From: Patescibacteria group bacterium
Lineage (GTDB): Bacteria; Patescibacteriota; Patescibacteriia; Veblenbacterales; UBA10138
Length of the DNA: 59,924 bases
Direction of reading: 5' to 3'
Assembly: GCA_018817715.1 (NCBI GenBank)
Contig: JAHITT010000004.1
Coordinates: 191,784 to 251,707 of the forward strand
The notes beneath the pieces are model-generated. The model worked only from the letters and a program-made list of their open reading frames with translations, was not told the origin of the DNA and ran no database searches. How positions within the stretch are numbered: position 1 is the first letter of the stretch; each line of letters starts with the position of its first letter. This document shows, one piece after another, positions 25,857 to 34,913 of this stretch. The position numbers were made by a program, and so were the translations under genes.

Positions 25857-27233
25857 TTAAGAGAAGCGAAATTGTTCTTTAAGGTTGTTGATATCTTGTT
25901 GGAGTTTGGGGTTAGAGGTAAGGTTTTGAGAAATCTTAGAGCAGGCATGCATGGCGGTGGTATGATCACGACCCCCTAGTTCTTGGCCAATAGTTGGAAA
26001 AGAAGAAGCTAAAACATCCCTCATTAAATACATGGCAATTTGCCTAGGCTCTACCAGGTGTTTTTTGCGACTATTACCAAACAGTTCACTAGGATTAACA
26101 TCAAAATAATTAGCTACCACTTGAATTATTTTTTTGGTGGTTAAGGATTGGTTGGCGCTAGGCAGGGTGTTACCCATTAATTCTTTAATATTCTCTAAGG
26201 TGGGTGGTTTGTTGTTAAGTTGATCTAGGGCAATAATTCTATTTAAAGCCCCCTCTAATTCACGGACGTTATTTTGTATAGAATTAGCCAAAAAAACAAT
26301 AATATCATGATTTAATGAATAGTTTTTTTCTTGGCATTTTATTTCTAAAATAGCCACCCTGGTTTCTAGGTCTGGTGGAGCAATATCAGCAATCATTCCC
26401 CACTCAAAACGGGAAATAAGCCTATTTTCTAGGGTTTGGATGGCCTTAGGGGGCCTATCAGAGGTTAAGATAATTTGTTTGTTGTTTTGGTGTAGGGCGT
26501 TAAAAGTATGAAAGAATTCCTCTTGAGTGCCTTCTTTGCCAGCTAAAAATTGTATATCGTCAATTAATAGAAGATCGACAGTACGATAAGTGGATTTGAA
26601 TTTTTCGGTTTTTCCACTACCAATGGCTTGTATAAATTCAGTAGTAAACTTTTCACAAGGGGCATAAATAACTTTTTTCCCAGGATTTTTTTTTAAAACT
26701 TCATGGCCAACAGCTTGCATTAAATGTGTTTTACCCAAACCTACACCACCATAAAGAAAGAGTGGATTATAGGTTTGCCCTGGTTTTTCCGAAACTGCCA
26801 AAGCAGCCGCCCTAGCCAATTCGTTGTGTTTACCCACAATAAAATTATTAAAAATATATCTAGGGTTTAGCCCGCAAAGAGTATTGTTTGGTGTGGGGGT
26901 GTCTTTGGTGGATTCAAGAGGTGTTGTTAGGGATGAGGAGGTTTTGGAAAGAGGTTTTTTTAAAGTTTCAACTAAATAAGTAGCCTCCTTAACTTGGCCA
27001 CGGCTGATATTTTGTAGGGCTTTTATAATAAAATTATGATATTTGTTTTCTAACCAAGCTTTGGTAAAGGCGTTGGGGACTATAACTGTGGCTACACCAT
27101 TATCAATTTTAATTATATCGGTATTTTTAAACCAAGTAGTAAAGCTAGCCTTGCTTATAAAAAGCTCAAGCTCGCCTAATGTGGATTTCCATAATTCTTG
27201 ATGATTCATAAGGAAGATAGTAATTGGGTCCAC
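25857..27233 (-). CDS. dnaA: chromosomal replication initiator DnaA
   Basis: Walker A GGVGLGKTHL, box VII/sensor motifs, C-terminal DNA-binding motif GGRDHTT. Confidence 0.95.
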   Translation of the reverse strand: MDPITIFLMNHQELWKSTLGELELFISKASFTTWFKNTDIIKIDNGVATVIVPNAFTKAWLENKYHNFIIKALQNISRGQVKEATYLVETLKKPLSKTSSSLTTPLESTKDTPTPNNTLCGLNPRYIFNNFIVGKHNELARAAALAVSEKPGQTYNPLFLYGGVGLGKTHLMQAVGHEVLKKNPGKKVIYAPCEKFTTEFIQAIGSGKTEKFKSTYRTVDLLLIDDIQFLAGKEGTQEEFFHTFNALHQNNKQIILTSDRPPKAIQTLENRLISRFEWGMIADIAPPDLETRVAILEIKCQEKNYSLNHDIIVFLANSIQNNVRELEGALNRIIALDQLNNKPPTLENIKELMGNTLPSANQSLTTKKIIQVVANYFDVNPSELFGNSRKKHLVEPRQIAMYLMRDVLASSFPTIGQELGGRDHTTAMHACSKISQNLTSNPKLQQDINNLKEQFRFS

Positions 27234-27323
27234 TATTCATATAAGCAGTATTTAGGGTAACTGTAAATTAGCCTAATTGTTTATAAACTGTTGAGGTACT
27301 GTGGAAATTTAATAATTTATGGA

Positions 27324-27352
27324 TTGACTAAAAGGTTGGCTGTTAGTATAGT
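27324..27352 (+). promoter_or_regulatory. rpmH promoter
   Basis: TTGACT, 17 nt, TATAGT, about 32 nt upstream of the rpmH ATG. Confidence 0.6.
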
Positions 27353-27384
27353 ATAGCTACTTAATAAATTGTTGTATCAAAAGT

Positions 27385-27525
27385 ATGCCCAAAAGGACTT
27401 ATCAACCCAAGAAAGTAAAAAGGCTTAAAAAGCACGGCTTCCGTTCTAGACAAAAAACTGCCAAAGGTAAGGTTATTCTTAAAAAACGTCGTCTAAAAAA
27501 TAGAAAAAAATTGACAGTTAGTTAG
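27385..27525 (+). CDS. rpmH: 50S ribosomal protein L34 (not in ORF track, 46 aa)
   Basis: Hand translation gives [46 protein letters not shown]. Precedes rnpA. Confidence 0.9.
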   Translation: MPKRTYQPKKVKRLKKHGFRSRQKTAKGKVILKKRRLKNRKKLTVS

Positions 27526-27528
27526 TTT

Positions 27529-27867
27529 ATGTTTAAAAAAGAGCCAACCCTAAAGAGGGCTATAGATTTTTCCAAGGTTTATCGATGCGGTAGAAAGTGG
27601 GTTGGTGACAATTTGATAATATATTGTTTTTTCACCAATAGTCAGCAAGTTAGGCGTTTAGCTGTTGTCGTGTCTAAAAAAGTTAGCACCAAAGCTGTGG
27701 TGCGTAATTTGTGTCGCCGTCGTATTTTGGGTGCTTTTAGAAAAACTGAGGCACCAGCCTTAGGTTATGATTTGGTGTTGGTGGCTAAAAAATCAGCAGC
27801 GGATCAAAAAGAAAATGTTTTTAAACAAGAGTTGGTTGGTTATTTTTTTAATAATTCTAAAGATTAA
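27529..27867 (+). CDS. rnpA: RNase P protein component
   Basis: LAVVVSKKVSTKAVVRNLCRRR motif. rpmH-rnpA-yidD-yidC synteny. Confidence 0.8.
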   Translation: MFKKEPTLKRAIDFSKVYRCGRKWVGDNLIIYCFFTNSQQVRRLAVVVSKKVSTKAVVRNLCRRRILGAFRKTEAPALGYDLVLVAKKSAADQKENVFKQELVGYFFNNSKD

Positions 27868-27880
27868 ATAGCTGGGAATA

Positions 27881-28147
27881 ATGATTAGTAATTTTATAAA
27901 ACAACTTCAATTGTTTTTCAAGAAGGTTTTTATTCTTGTTATAGAGATATATCAGCACACCCTATCCCCCGATCATGGTTGGGGAAGATTATTTTGGCCT
28001 AAAGCTGGTTGTATTTTTTATCCATCTTGTTCACAATATACCAAACAAGCTATTATTAAATATAATCTAGCAAAAGGTTTGTGGTTTGGTTTAAGAAGAT
28101 TAATTAAGTGTCGCCCTGGTGGCGCGGGTGGGTTTGACCCAGCCTAA
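27881..28147 (+). CDS. yidD: membrane protein insertion efficiency factor YidD
   Basis: YQHTLSP...CIFYPSCSQYTKQAI...KCRPGGAGGFDP. Confidence 0.85.
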   Translation: MISNFIKQLQLFFKKVFILVIEIYQHTLSPDHGWGRLFWPKAGCIFYPSCSQYTKQAIIKYNLAKGLWFGLRRLIKCRPGGAGGFDPA

Positions 28148-28161
28148 AATAGATAATATTT

Positions 28162-28881
28162 ATGAGTTGGTTTTGGCAAACATTTTTTTACGGTCCCCTT
28201 TTTAATTTATTGGTTTTTATATATAATCAAGTTGGTGATCTTGGTTTGGCAATAATTATTTTAACGATTTTGTTAAAAATAATTTTATATCCTCTGTCGC
28301 GTCGCTCCCTACAATCACAAAAAGCCTTACAACAACTTCAACCAAAAGTAGAAGAGTTAAAAAGAAAAAATAAAGGTAACAAGGAAGCGATGAGTCGAGA
28401 ATTAATGGCTTTATATCAACAGGAAAAGGTTAGTCCTTTTTCTTCTTGTTTACCACTTTTAATTCAACTACCTTTTTTGTTTGCTTTGTATAGTGTTTTT
28501 GGTAGTGGTTTATCAACCAATGATTTTTCTGGTTTATATAGTTTTGTGGCTAATCCAGGGGCTATTTCGGATTTATTTTTAGGTTTTTGGTCTTTAGGAA
28601 AACCGAATATTATTTTAGCTGTGATTACTGGTTTGTCTCAATACTGGCAAGCTAAAATGTTAATGAGTACTAAGCCAGCTATTAGTGGTGAAGCCTCTAA
28701 AGATGAAGGTTTGGCTGCTTCTATAAATAAACAAGCTTTATATATTATGCCGGTGATGACTATGGTTTTTGGTTTTACCCTACCAGCCGGTTTAATTCTT
28801 TATTGGTTGATGAACACCCTTATTACTATTGGTCAGCAGTATTTAACTTTTACTAAAAATGAAGAAAAAGTTGTTAGTTAA
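28162..28881 (+). CDS. yidC: membrane protein insertase YidC (short form)
   Basis: 60-kDa-IMP core pattern (PL..KQ..S..KMQ.LQP ... LYW). Synteny. Confidence 0.85.
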   Translation: MSWFWQTFFYGPLFNLLVFIYNQVGDLGLAIIILTILLKIILYPLSRRSLQSQKALQQLQPKVEELKRKNKGNKEAMSRELMALYQQEKVSPFSSCLPLLIQLPFLFALYSVFGSGLSTNDFSGLYSFVANPGAISDLFLGFWSLGKPNIILAVITGLSQYWQAKMLMSTKPAISGEASKDEGLAASINKQALYIMPVMTMVFGFTLPAGLILYWLMNTLITIGQQYLTFTKNEEKVVS

Positions 28882-29131
28882 AAAATTGCCTGTTTTTAGT
28901 AAGGAGGGGGTATATTTGGGCCGGCTTCAAGCTGTGGAATTGGATGAAACTAATGGTTTTGTTTTGTTTTATCAAGTGGTTAGTGGTTGGTGGAAGTTTA
29001 AAAAATTTTTACTTATTCATCCTAGGCAGATTATTAAAATTACAACAAAAAAAATTGTGGTAGAAGACACAGCTATAGAAATTTCTGAAAAAAACGAGGC
29101 GGAAAGAGTTTCCCAACCAGCGATTAGTTAG
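28859..29131 (+). CDS. hypothetical small protein (possibly PRC-barrel-like)
   Basis: 90 aa, overlaps the yidC 3-prime end by 23 nt. Weak resemblance to PRC-barrel (V.S..G..LG.L..V.LD). Confidence 0.3.
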   Translation: MKKKLLVKKLPVFSKEGVYLGRLQAVELDETNGFVLFYQVVSGWWKFKKFLLIHPRQIIKITTKKIVVEDTAIEISEKNEAERVSQPAIS

Positions 29132-29889
29132 AATTTTCTGTCTTTACCCACAATTAAACGAATTTTTTCTGTTGCTACCGAAATAACCGCCGGAGTTTTC
29201 ATGACGCGGTGTTGATCAACTACTAGGCTTAAGGGTTGTTGGCTACTTAAAGTAAATTTTTTTAAAGGTAAAAAAGAGGGTGAACTAATAATATTTTTTT
29301 TCATTGACCACCAGCTTTTTTTAGCGATAGGTTCAAGGATCATTTCTAATAATTTTTGTTTGGGGTTTGATATTTTATCTTCCCCTTCTCCCCACCAATC
29401 TAAATTGCTTATTTTTATTTTATGGGGTTTTTGTAGGACTAATCGATAATTGTTTTCGCATTCAATGATTGGTGTTCCTTGACTGATAATGGATTGTAAA
29501 AAAAATTGATTATTAATCTTGGCTAGATTAATTGTTTCAATAATACGGCTGGACAAGATATGACAAGCTAAAATTCCAATAGGTATACCCAACAAAGAAG
29601 CTAAGGTTTGATTTTCTTGACCCAAAGGAACAAAACCCAAAGTGGTTTTAGGATGATGAGCCAAAACTTCAGCCACCTGACTTAGTGTTGTGTCATTACC
29701 CACAGCTACCACAGTGTCAGTACCGTCTCTAAGACCGTTTTCTATCAGGTCACTAACGCTTTTTAACAAAGTTAAACGGCCAATTTTCCCCTGAATACCT
29801 AAATCTGTTAAGGTGGTTTCCAGACGGATTAGTTGGTTGCTATAAGCTTTATCTTGTAAGTAACTATCGTATAAATAAAAATAGGACAT
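29128..29889 (-). CDS. diacylglycerol/lipid kinase catalytic-domain family protein
   Basis: DTVVAVGNDTTLSQV resembles the GGDGT motif region of YegS/BmrU-type kinases. Confidence 0.5.
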   Translation of the reverse strand: MSYFYLYDSYLQDKAYSNQLIRLETTLTDLGIQGKIGRLTLLKSVSDLIENGLRDGTDTVVAVGNDTTLSQVAEVLAHHPKTTLGFVPLGQENQTLASLLGIPIGILACHILSSRIIETINLAKINNQFFLQSIISQGTPIIECENNYRLVLQKPHKIKISNLDWWGEGEDKISNPKQKLLEMILEPIAKKSWWSMKKNIISSPSFLPLKKFTLSSQQPLSLVVDQHRVMKTPAVISVATEKIRLIVGKDRKF

Positions 29890-29916
29890 AACTTATAATC
29901 CAAAATAATGGATTGA

Positions 29917-30330
29917 CTAAGCTTCTGCCTCACTGGTTTTTTCAGATTTTTTGGAATTTTTGGTTACAGTAGCGATAGCGTTGTTAGTTAAACCCGTCAT
30001 CTGACACTTACCTGTTAATTGGGCGCCTTCGGCTACCATTAATATTTTAGTGGAAATATCGCCATCAATTCGACTGGTGGAGGCTAATTCTAAACGATCT
30101 TTTATTTGGATATTTCCCTTAACATAACCAGCCACATAAGCATTGGTGGCTTGGATATTGGCAGCGATGTGAGCTTGTTCCCCAATACTTAAAGCCCCAG
30201 AGGTCGCTACAGAGCCATTAACCGAACCTTCTATTCTGACATTACCTTGGCTGGTAAAACTACCCTCAACATTAACGGATGGCCCAATAATAGTTTCAAC
30301 TTCTGAGCCAGATTCATTTTTAGTAAACAT
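29917..30330 (-). CDS. bactofilin family cytoskeletal protein
   Basis: Repetitive beta-helix pattern (GPSVNVEGSFTSQGNVRIEGSVNGSV...) with a charged C-terminal tail. Confidence 0.8.
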   Translation of the reverse strand: MFTKNESGSEVETIIGPSVNVEGSFTSQGNVRIEGSVNGSVATSGALSIGEQAHIAANIQATNAYVAGYVKGNIQIKDRLELASTSRIDGDISTKILMVAEGAQLTGKCQMTGLTNNAIATVTKNSKKSEKTSEAEA

Positions 30331-30511
30331 AATTACAAAACAATAATAGTAAAAGTAACTCTATTGTAGTATGTTAAAGACTGTCCAGTCAAAAAAGAAT
30401 AACCAATAATTTAAAAATTGAAAGACACGCTCTAATTTGTTTGTGGGTAAATATTTTTGGTTTTTATTTAGGCTGGTAGTTGCCTTTAAGTTATAATATA
30501 ATTTAAATCTT

Positions 30512-30586
30512 GCCCCCGTAGTTCAATGGATAGAACAAGGGACTCCTAAGCCTTAGATCCAAGTTCGATTCTTGGCGGGGGCACCA
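30512..30586 (+). tRNA. tRNA-Arg (anticodon CCT), CCA encoded
   Basis: Acceptor GCCCCCG/CGGGGGC, anticodon loop CTCCTAA, T-arm CCAAG-TTCGATT-CTTGG. Confidence 0.85.
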
Positions 30587-30682
30587 CTAAATATTTAGTC
30601 TAATATAAGGTAAATTGTTTTAAGTTAGTACTTTCCCCTTTAAATTAACAGGTAGGTTTTAGTGTTTACCCGCTATTGCTTA

Positions 30683-30755
30683 GGGCCGTTAGCTCAGTTG
30701 GTAGAGCGCAGCATTCGCATTGCTGAGGTCGGGGGTTCGACTCCCCCACGGTCCA
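30683..30755 (+). tRNA. tRNA-Ala (anticodon CGC), CCA not encoded
   Basis: Acceptor GGGCCGT/ACGGTCC with G3:U70, anticodon stem CAGCA/TGCTG, loop TTCGCAT. Confidence 0.85.
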
Positions 30756-30831
30756 AAGTAAGAGCAGGTGAGTTATTAGTAAGTATTAAAAGCTTGTTAA
30801 AAAATAAAAATTTTAATTCTTGGTTAATATT

Positions 30832-31608
30832 ATGGTGGATATTTTGGGTTTTAAAATAAGTGATTTGTCTATTGATCAAACAATTGAAAAAATTGTTGAT
30901 TTAATAAAAACACCAGGAAAACACTTAATTTTAACAGCTAATCCAGAAATATTAGTTAAAGCTTTTTTTAATAAAGAGTATTATTTGGTATTAAGTTCAG
31001 CAGATTTAATTTTGGCTGATGGTTTTGGAATTATCTTGGCTGCTCGTTATTTAAAAAAATCAATAAGAAATGGTCGGGTTACCGGAGTTGATCTTTTAAA
31101 AGAAATAGCTAAGCAGTCAGATAAATTAGGTTTTAGGCTTTATTTAACTGGTTTAAAACAAGATATTTTAAATTTTGCGACACAAAGAATTAAAGAAGAT
31201 TATGCCAAGGTCAATATAGTGGGTTTTAAAAAAGGCCCAATTTTTTCTTTAAATGATTTAAATGGTTTAGATAATAATTTGGATAATATAGAATTAATTA
31301 ATAATATTAATTTTTGCCAGCCTAATATAATTTTTGTTGGCTTTGGCAGTCCTAAACAAGAAATTTGGCTTAAAAGTTATTTTAATAAAATAGAACCGAA
31401 TATTGGTATAGGTGTTGGTGGAGCTATTGACTACCTCTCTGGTATAGCTAAACAACCACCAGAGATTATTAAAAGGTTTGGTTTAGAGTGGCTATGGCGT
31501 TTAATTAGGCAACCTAGAAGAGTATTAAGGATTGTTACAGCCGTTATTGTGTTTCCAGTGCTAGTTTTTTTATATAAAGACAAAGTTCCACATAGAACAG
31601 AACATTAA
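30832..31608 (+). CDS. WecG/TagA/CpsF family glycosyltransferase
   Basis: GFGSPKQEIW and GVGGAIDYLSG motifs. Start may instead be the TTG at 30820. Confidence 0.8.
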   Translation: MVDILGFKISDLSIDQTIEKIVDLIKTPGKHLILTANPEILVKAFFNKEYYLVLSSADLILADGFGIILAARYLKKSIRNGRVTGVDLLKEIAKQSDKLGFRLYLTGLKQDILNFATQRIKEDYAKVNIVGFKKGPIFSLNDLNGLDNNLDNIELINNINFCQPNIIFVGFGSPKQEIWLKSYFNKIEPNIGIGVGGAIDYLSGIAKQPPEIIKRFGLEWLWRLIRQPRRVLRIVTAVIVFPVLVFLYKDKVPHRTEH

Positions 31609-31659
31609 TCAAGCTCATTGACAAGTTTAATAATATCGGTTATAATTAGATAGTTAAAT

Positions 31660-31735
31660 GGGCCCATAGCTCAGCTGGTAGAGCGCCTCCATGGCATGGA
31701 GGAGGTCAGGAGTTCGAGCCTCCTTGGGTCCACCA
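31660..31735 (+). tRNA. tRNA-Ala (anticodon GGC), CCA encoded
   Basis: Acceptor GGGCCCA/TGGGTCC with G3:U70, anticodon stem CCTCC/GGAGG, loop ATGGCAT. Confidence 0.85.
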
Positions 31736-31873
31736 CTTGTTTATTTTAAATACTTATTATTTAATTAATAGGTATTTTTTTAATAATTAAATTATTAAAA
31801 AAATAAATAATAGTTAATTCTTTTTAATATTAATATAATTATATTATAATTTTTTGTGTCGCAAAATTGTTAG

Positions 31874-31919
31874 TTGACTATTTTTCTTTATAGTATATAC
31901 TACCTACTAGTAACTAGTA
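31874..31919 (+). promoter_or_regulatory. promoter plus 15-bp perfect palindrome upstream of the CsoR-like/trxA/trxB genes
   Basis: TTGACT (31874-31879), 16 nt, TATACT (31896-31901), then TACTAGT-A-ACTAGTA (31905-31919) at the expected transcription start. Confidence 0.5.
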
Positions 31920-31927
31920 TAAAAATT

Positions 31928-32185
31928 ATGCAAAGTTGTGATATAGAATCTATTAAAAAACAAATTAACCGAAGCCAGGGGCAAGTTAATGGTATAAATA
32001 AAATGATCGAGTCTGGCCGTGATTGTTTAGAAATTGTTCAACAAATAGCTGCTGTCCGGGCTTCTTTGGGTAGATTAGCCACTATGCTTTTAGAGCAGGA
32101 AGCTCAAGGTTGTTTTGATGAAAACAGTCAAGATAAATTAAAAAATCTAAATAGTGTGGTAACCAATTTATTTAAATTTAATTAA
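31928..32185 (+). CDS. CsoR/FrmR-family repressor, two-Cys (non-His) variant
   Basis: Aligns to the window's CsoR (SQGQVNGINKMIESGRDC...LLEQEAQGC). The Cu-ligand His position is Glu and both Cys are retained. Confidence 0.7.
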   Translation: MQSCDIESIKKQINRSQGQVNGINKMIESGRDCLEIVQQIAAVRASLGRLATMLLEQEAQGCFDENSQDKLKNLNSVVTNLFKFN

Positions 32186-32200
32186 TTAATTTATAAACTT

Positions 32201-32524
32201 ATGTCAGAGATATTATTAACCGATGCAACTTTTAATAAAGAGGTGGTGGAGGCAACTACCCCTGTTTTAGTTGATTTTTGGGCTCCCTGGTGCGGACCTT
32301 GTCGGATGCAGGGTCCGATTATTGAAGAGTTGGCCAAAGAGACAGACAAAAATAAAGCTAAGATAGCTAAACTTAATGTAGATGAAAACCCAGTATCAGC
32401 TGGTCAATATAATGTAATGAGTATTCCGACCTTATTAGTTTTTAAAAATGGTCAGGTAGTAGAAAGGTTTGTGGGTGTTCAAAGCAAGGATGCTTTAAAA
32501 GCCGCTCTTACTAAACAACAATAG
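32201..32524 (+). CDS. trxA: thioredoxin
   Basis: WAPWCGPCR active site, 107 aa. Confidence 0.95.
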   Translation: MSEILLTDATFNKEVVEATTPVLVDFWAPWCGPCRMQGPIIEELAKETDKNKAKIAKLNVDENPVSAGQYNVMSIPTLLVFKNGQVVERFVGVQSKDALKAALTKQQ

Positions 32525-32528
32525 TTTT

Positions 32529-33518
32529 ATGGTTGAAGAAAAAATGTATGACACTATTATTGTGGGTGGTGGGGCCGCTGGTTTGACAGCTGCTCTGTAT
32601 GCTTCGCGTCGGGCGATGAAAACTTTAATACTTAGCCAAGATGTTGGTGGGCAAGCGGCCACTACTACGGAAATAGAAAATTATCCGGGAACAGGTTTAG
32701 TAACCGGGCCGGATTTGATGAATAATTTTAAAGAACAGGCAGAAAAATTTGGCGCTGAATTTAAGATTGGTGAAGTTATAAAAATAACAGAAGTAAAAGA
32801 TGAAAAATCTTTACCAATTTTTACAGTGCTTACTAGTACAGAAAGTTTCCGAGCTTATTCGGTGATTTTGGCTTATGGTTTAACGCATCGCCATTTGGGT
32901 GTGCCAGGAGAAAAAGAATTAGGTGGTCGAGGTGTTAGTTATTGCGCCACTTGCGATGCCCCTCTTTTTAAAAATAAAACAGTAGCCGTAGTGGGTGGAG
33001 GAAATTCAGCGGTGGATGCCGCTTTGCTTTTGGCTAAGCTTTGTCCCCAAGTTTATTTAATTCATCGTAGTAAGGATTTCCGCGCTGAAGCTGTTTTGGT
33101 GGAGCAATTAAAACAAGCTCATATAGAAGTAATTTTAGAAAGTGAAGTTAAAGAAATAGCCGGCCAAGAGATGGTAGAAAAAATAATTTTAAAATCAACC
33201 GATCCTAAAAATAATAACAGATCAATTGAAGTGCAAGGTGTGTTTGTGGAGGTGGGTTTTGTGGTTAACTCCCAGTTAATAGAAGGATTGGTTGCTTTGG
33301 ATGAACGTAAGCAAATTAAAATAAATTTAGATTCAGAAACTTCTCGGCCGGGTATTTTAGCAGCCGGAGATATTACTAATATCGCCTATAAACAAATAGT
33401 TGTTTCGGCCGGCTGGGGAGCTACAGCGGCTCTGCGGGCTTATGAATATTTACAAAAAGTTCGTGGTTTTAGGGGGGTTAAGATTGATTGGGGAGTTAAG
33501 GATAAAAAACAGGTATAA
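32529..33518 (+). CDS. trxB: thioredoxin-disulfide reductase
   Basis: GGGAAG FAD motif, CATCDAP redox centre, GGGNSAVD NADPH motif. Confidence 0.9.
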   Translation: MVEEKMYDTIIVGGGAAGLTAALYASRRAMKTLILSQDVGGQAATTTEIENYPGTGLVTGPDLMNNFKEQAEKFGAEFKIGEVIKITEVKDEKSLPIFTVLTSTESFRAYSVILAYGLTHRHLGVPGEKELGGRGVSYCATCDAPLFKNKTVAVVGGGNSAVDAALLLAKLCPQVYLIHRSKDFRAEAVLVEQLKQAHIEVILESEVKEIAGQEMVEKIILKSTDPKNNNRSIEVQGVFVEVGFVVNSQLIEGLVALDERKQIKINLDSETSRPGILAAGDITNIAYKQIVVSAGWGATAALRAYEYLQKVRGFRGVKIDWGVKDKKQV

Positions 33519-33557
33519 AAATTGATTTTAGTTTTATGATTTTTAATTTTATTTCTT

Positions 33558-34793
33558 ATGTCTGTATTTAAAAACGCTTTGGAGCAGTTAAAAAAAGCAA
33601 CGCTTTATTCTAAAACCCAAAGCAGTGTTGTTGAACGTTTACAAAAACCGGAAAAACTTATTCAACTGTCTTTGCCAGTGACTATGGATGATGGTTCTAT
33701 GAAAGTTTTTGATGGTTATCGGGTACAACACTCATCCAGTCGCGGTCCTTATAAGGGCGGGCTTAGGTTCCACCCTAAAACTAACTTAGATGAAGTTAAG
33801 GCCTTGGCTTTTTGGATGTCTATAAAATGTGCAGTGGTTAACATTCCTTTGGGTGGTGCCAAAGGGGGCGTTACAGTTGATCCAAAAAAATTATCTAAAG
33901 GTGAATTGGAAAGATTAAGTCGCAGTTTAGCCAGGCAACTAACGCCTTTTATTGGGCCAGATAAAGACGTACCAGCGCCAGATGTAAATACGACACCGGA
34001 AATAATGGGTTGGATTATGGATGAATATAGCAAACAAGTTGGTCGTCAGGTGCCAGCGGTGGTTACGGGCAAACCGCTGTCTTTGGGTGGGTCTCAAGGG
34101 CGCACGCCAGCCACGGCTCAGGGTGGTCTTTATGTTTTGCAGGAACTTTTTAACAAATTAAAATTGTCGCCGCAAAAAACCACAGTCGCCGTTCAAGGTA
34201 TGGGTAATGTTGGTGGCATTATGGCCCAACTTCTTTATCAGGCTAAAGTTAAAGTAGTAGCTATGTCAGATTCTAGTAGCGCTGTTTATAATAGTAATGG
34301 TTTAGATGTTCCAGCTGTGGAAAGATATAAAAAAGAGCATGGCAGTTTGAAAGGTTTACCCAATTCTCAAACTATAAGCAACGAGAAGTTATTGGAATTA
34401 CCAGTAACTGTTTTGGTGCCAGCCGCTTTGGAAAACCAAATAACTATTAAAAATGTCGGACGCATTAAAGCTAAAATAATTTTGGAAATGGCCAATGGTC
34501 CAACCACTCCGGAGGCTGATGTTAAATTAAATAAACGTGGGGTGGTAGTGGTGCCGGATGTTTTAGCTAACGCTGGCGGTGTAACAGTGTCTTATTTTGA
34601 AATGGTTCAGAATTTGCAGCAATATTATTGGGATGAGGGCGAGGTTTTGCAAAAACTTAAACCAATTATGGTTCAATCTTTTAAACAGGTTTGGCGCAGA
34701 TCAGAACAATTAAATATTGATTTGCGTACGGCGGCTTACGTGGTGGCCTTGGAAAGACTGGAGCAGGCTATGGAAGCCAGAGGGAAATATTAA
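33558..34793 (+). CDS. gdhA: Glu/Leu/Phe/Val-family glutamate dehydrogenase
   Basis: YKGGLRFHP and GGAKGG motifs, GMGNVG Rossmann motif. Confidence 0.9.
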   Translation: MSVFKNALEQLKKATLYSKTQSSVVERLQKPEKLIQLSLPVTMDDGSMKVFDGYRVQHSSSRGPYKGGLRFHPKTNLDEVKALAFWMSIKCAVVNIPLGGAKGGVTVDPKKLSKGELERLSRSLARQLTPFIGPDKDVPAPDVNTTPEIMGWIMDEYSKQVGRQVPAVVTGKPLSLGGSQGRTPATAQGGLYVLQELFNKLKLSPQKTTVAVQGMGNVGGIMAQLLYQAKVKVVAMSDSSSAVYNSNGLDVPAVERYKKEHGSLKGLPNSQTISNEKLLELPVTVLVPAALENQITIKNVGRIKAKIILEMANGPTTPEADVKLNKRGVVVVPDVLANAGGVTVSYFEMVQNLQQYYWDEGEVLQKLKPIMVQSFKQVWRRSEQLNIDLRTAAYVVALERLEQAMEARGKY

Positions 34794-34913
34794 TTAAAAA
34801 AATTCTAAATCTTAAATCCTAATATCCAAATCTTTAAATTCCTAAAATTGGGTATTGGGGTTTATTTAGGATTTAGGTATTAGTTTTTAGGATTTTGATT
34901 TGGACCTTCATTT

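Noticed and set aside
30662-30879. 65-aa and 61-aa ORFs overlapping tRNA-Ala(CGC).
   Set aside because: They are translations of the tRNA gene and its flanks. The tRNA fold is unambiguous.
31738-31873. Extremely AT-rich 136-bp tract after tRNA-Ala(GGC), considered as a DNA-unwinding element or oriC.
   Set aside because: It contains a tRNA terminator hairpin (about 31750-31785) and the next promoter. No DnaA boxes were seen. It is most simply an intergenic spacer.
34794-34913. Repetitive AAATC(C/T)T / AGGATTT motifs between gdhA and the CoA-binding gene.
   Set aside because: These are short, degenerate, low-complexity repeats that form an imperfect hairpin. That is consistent with a sloppy terminator or curved DNA and is not a defined repeat family or CRISPR.
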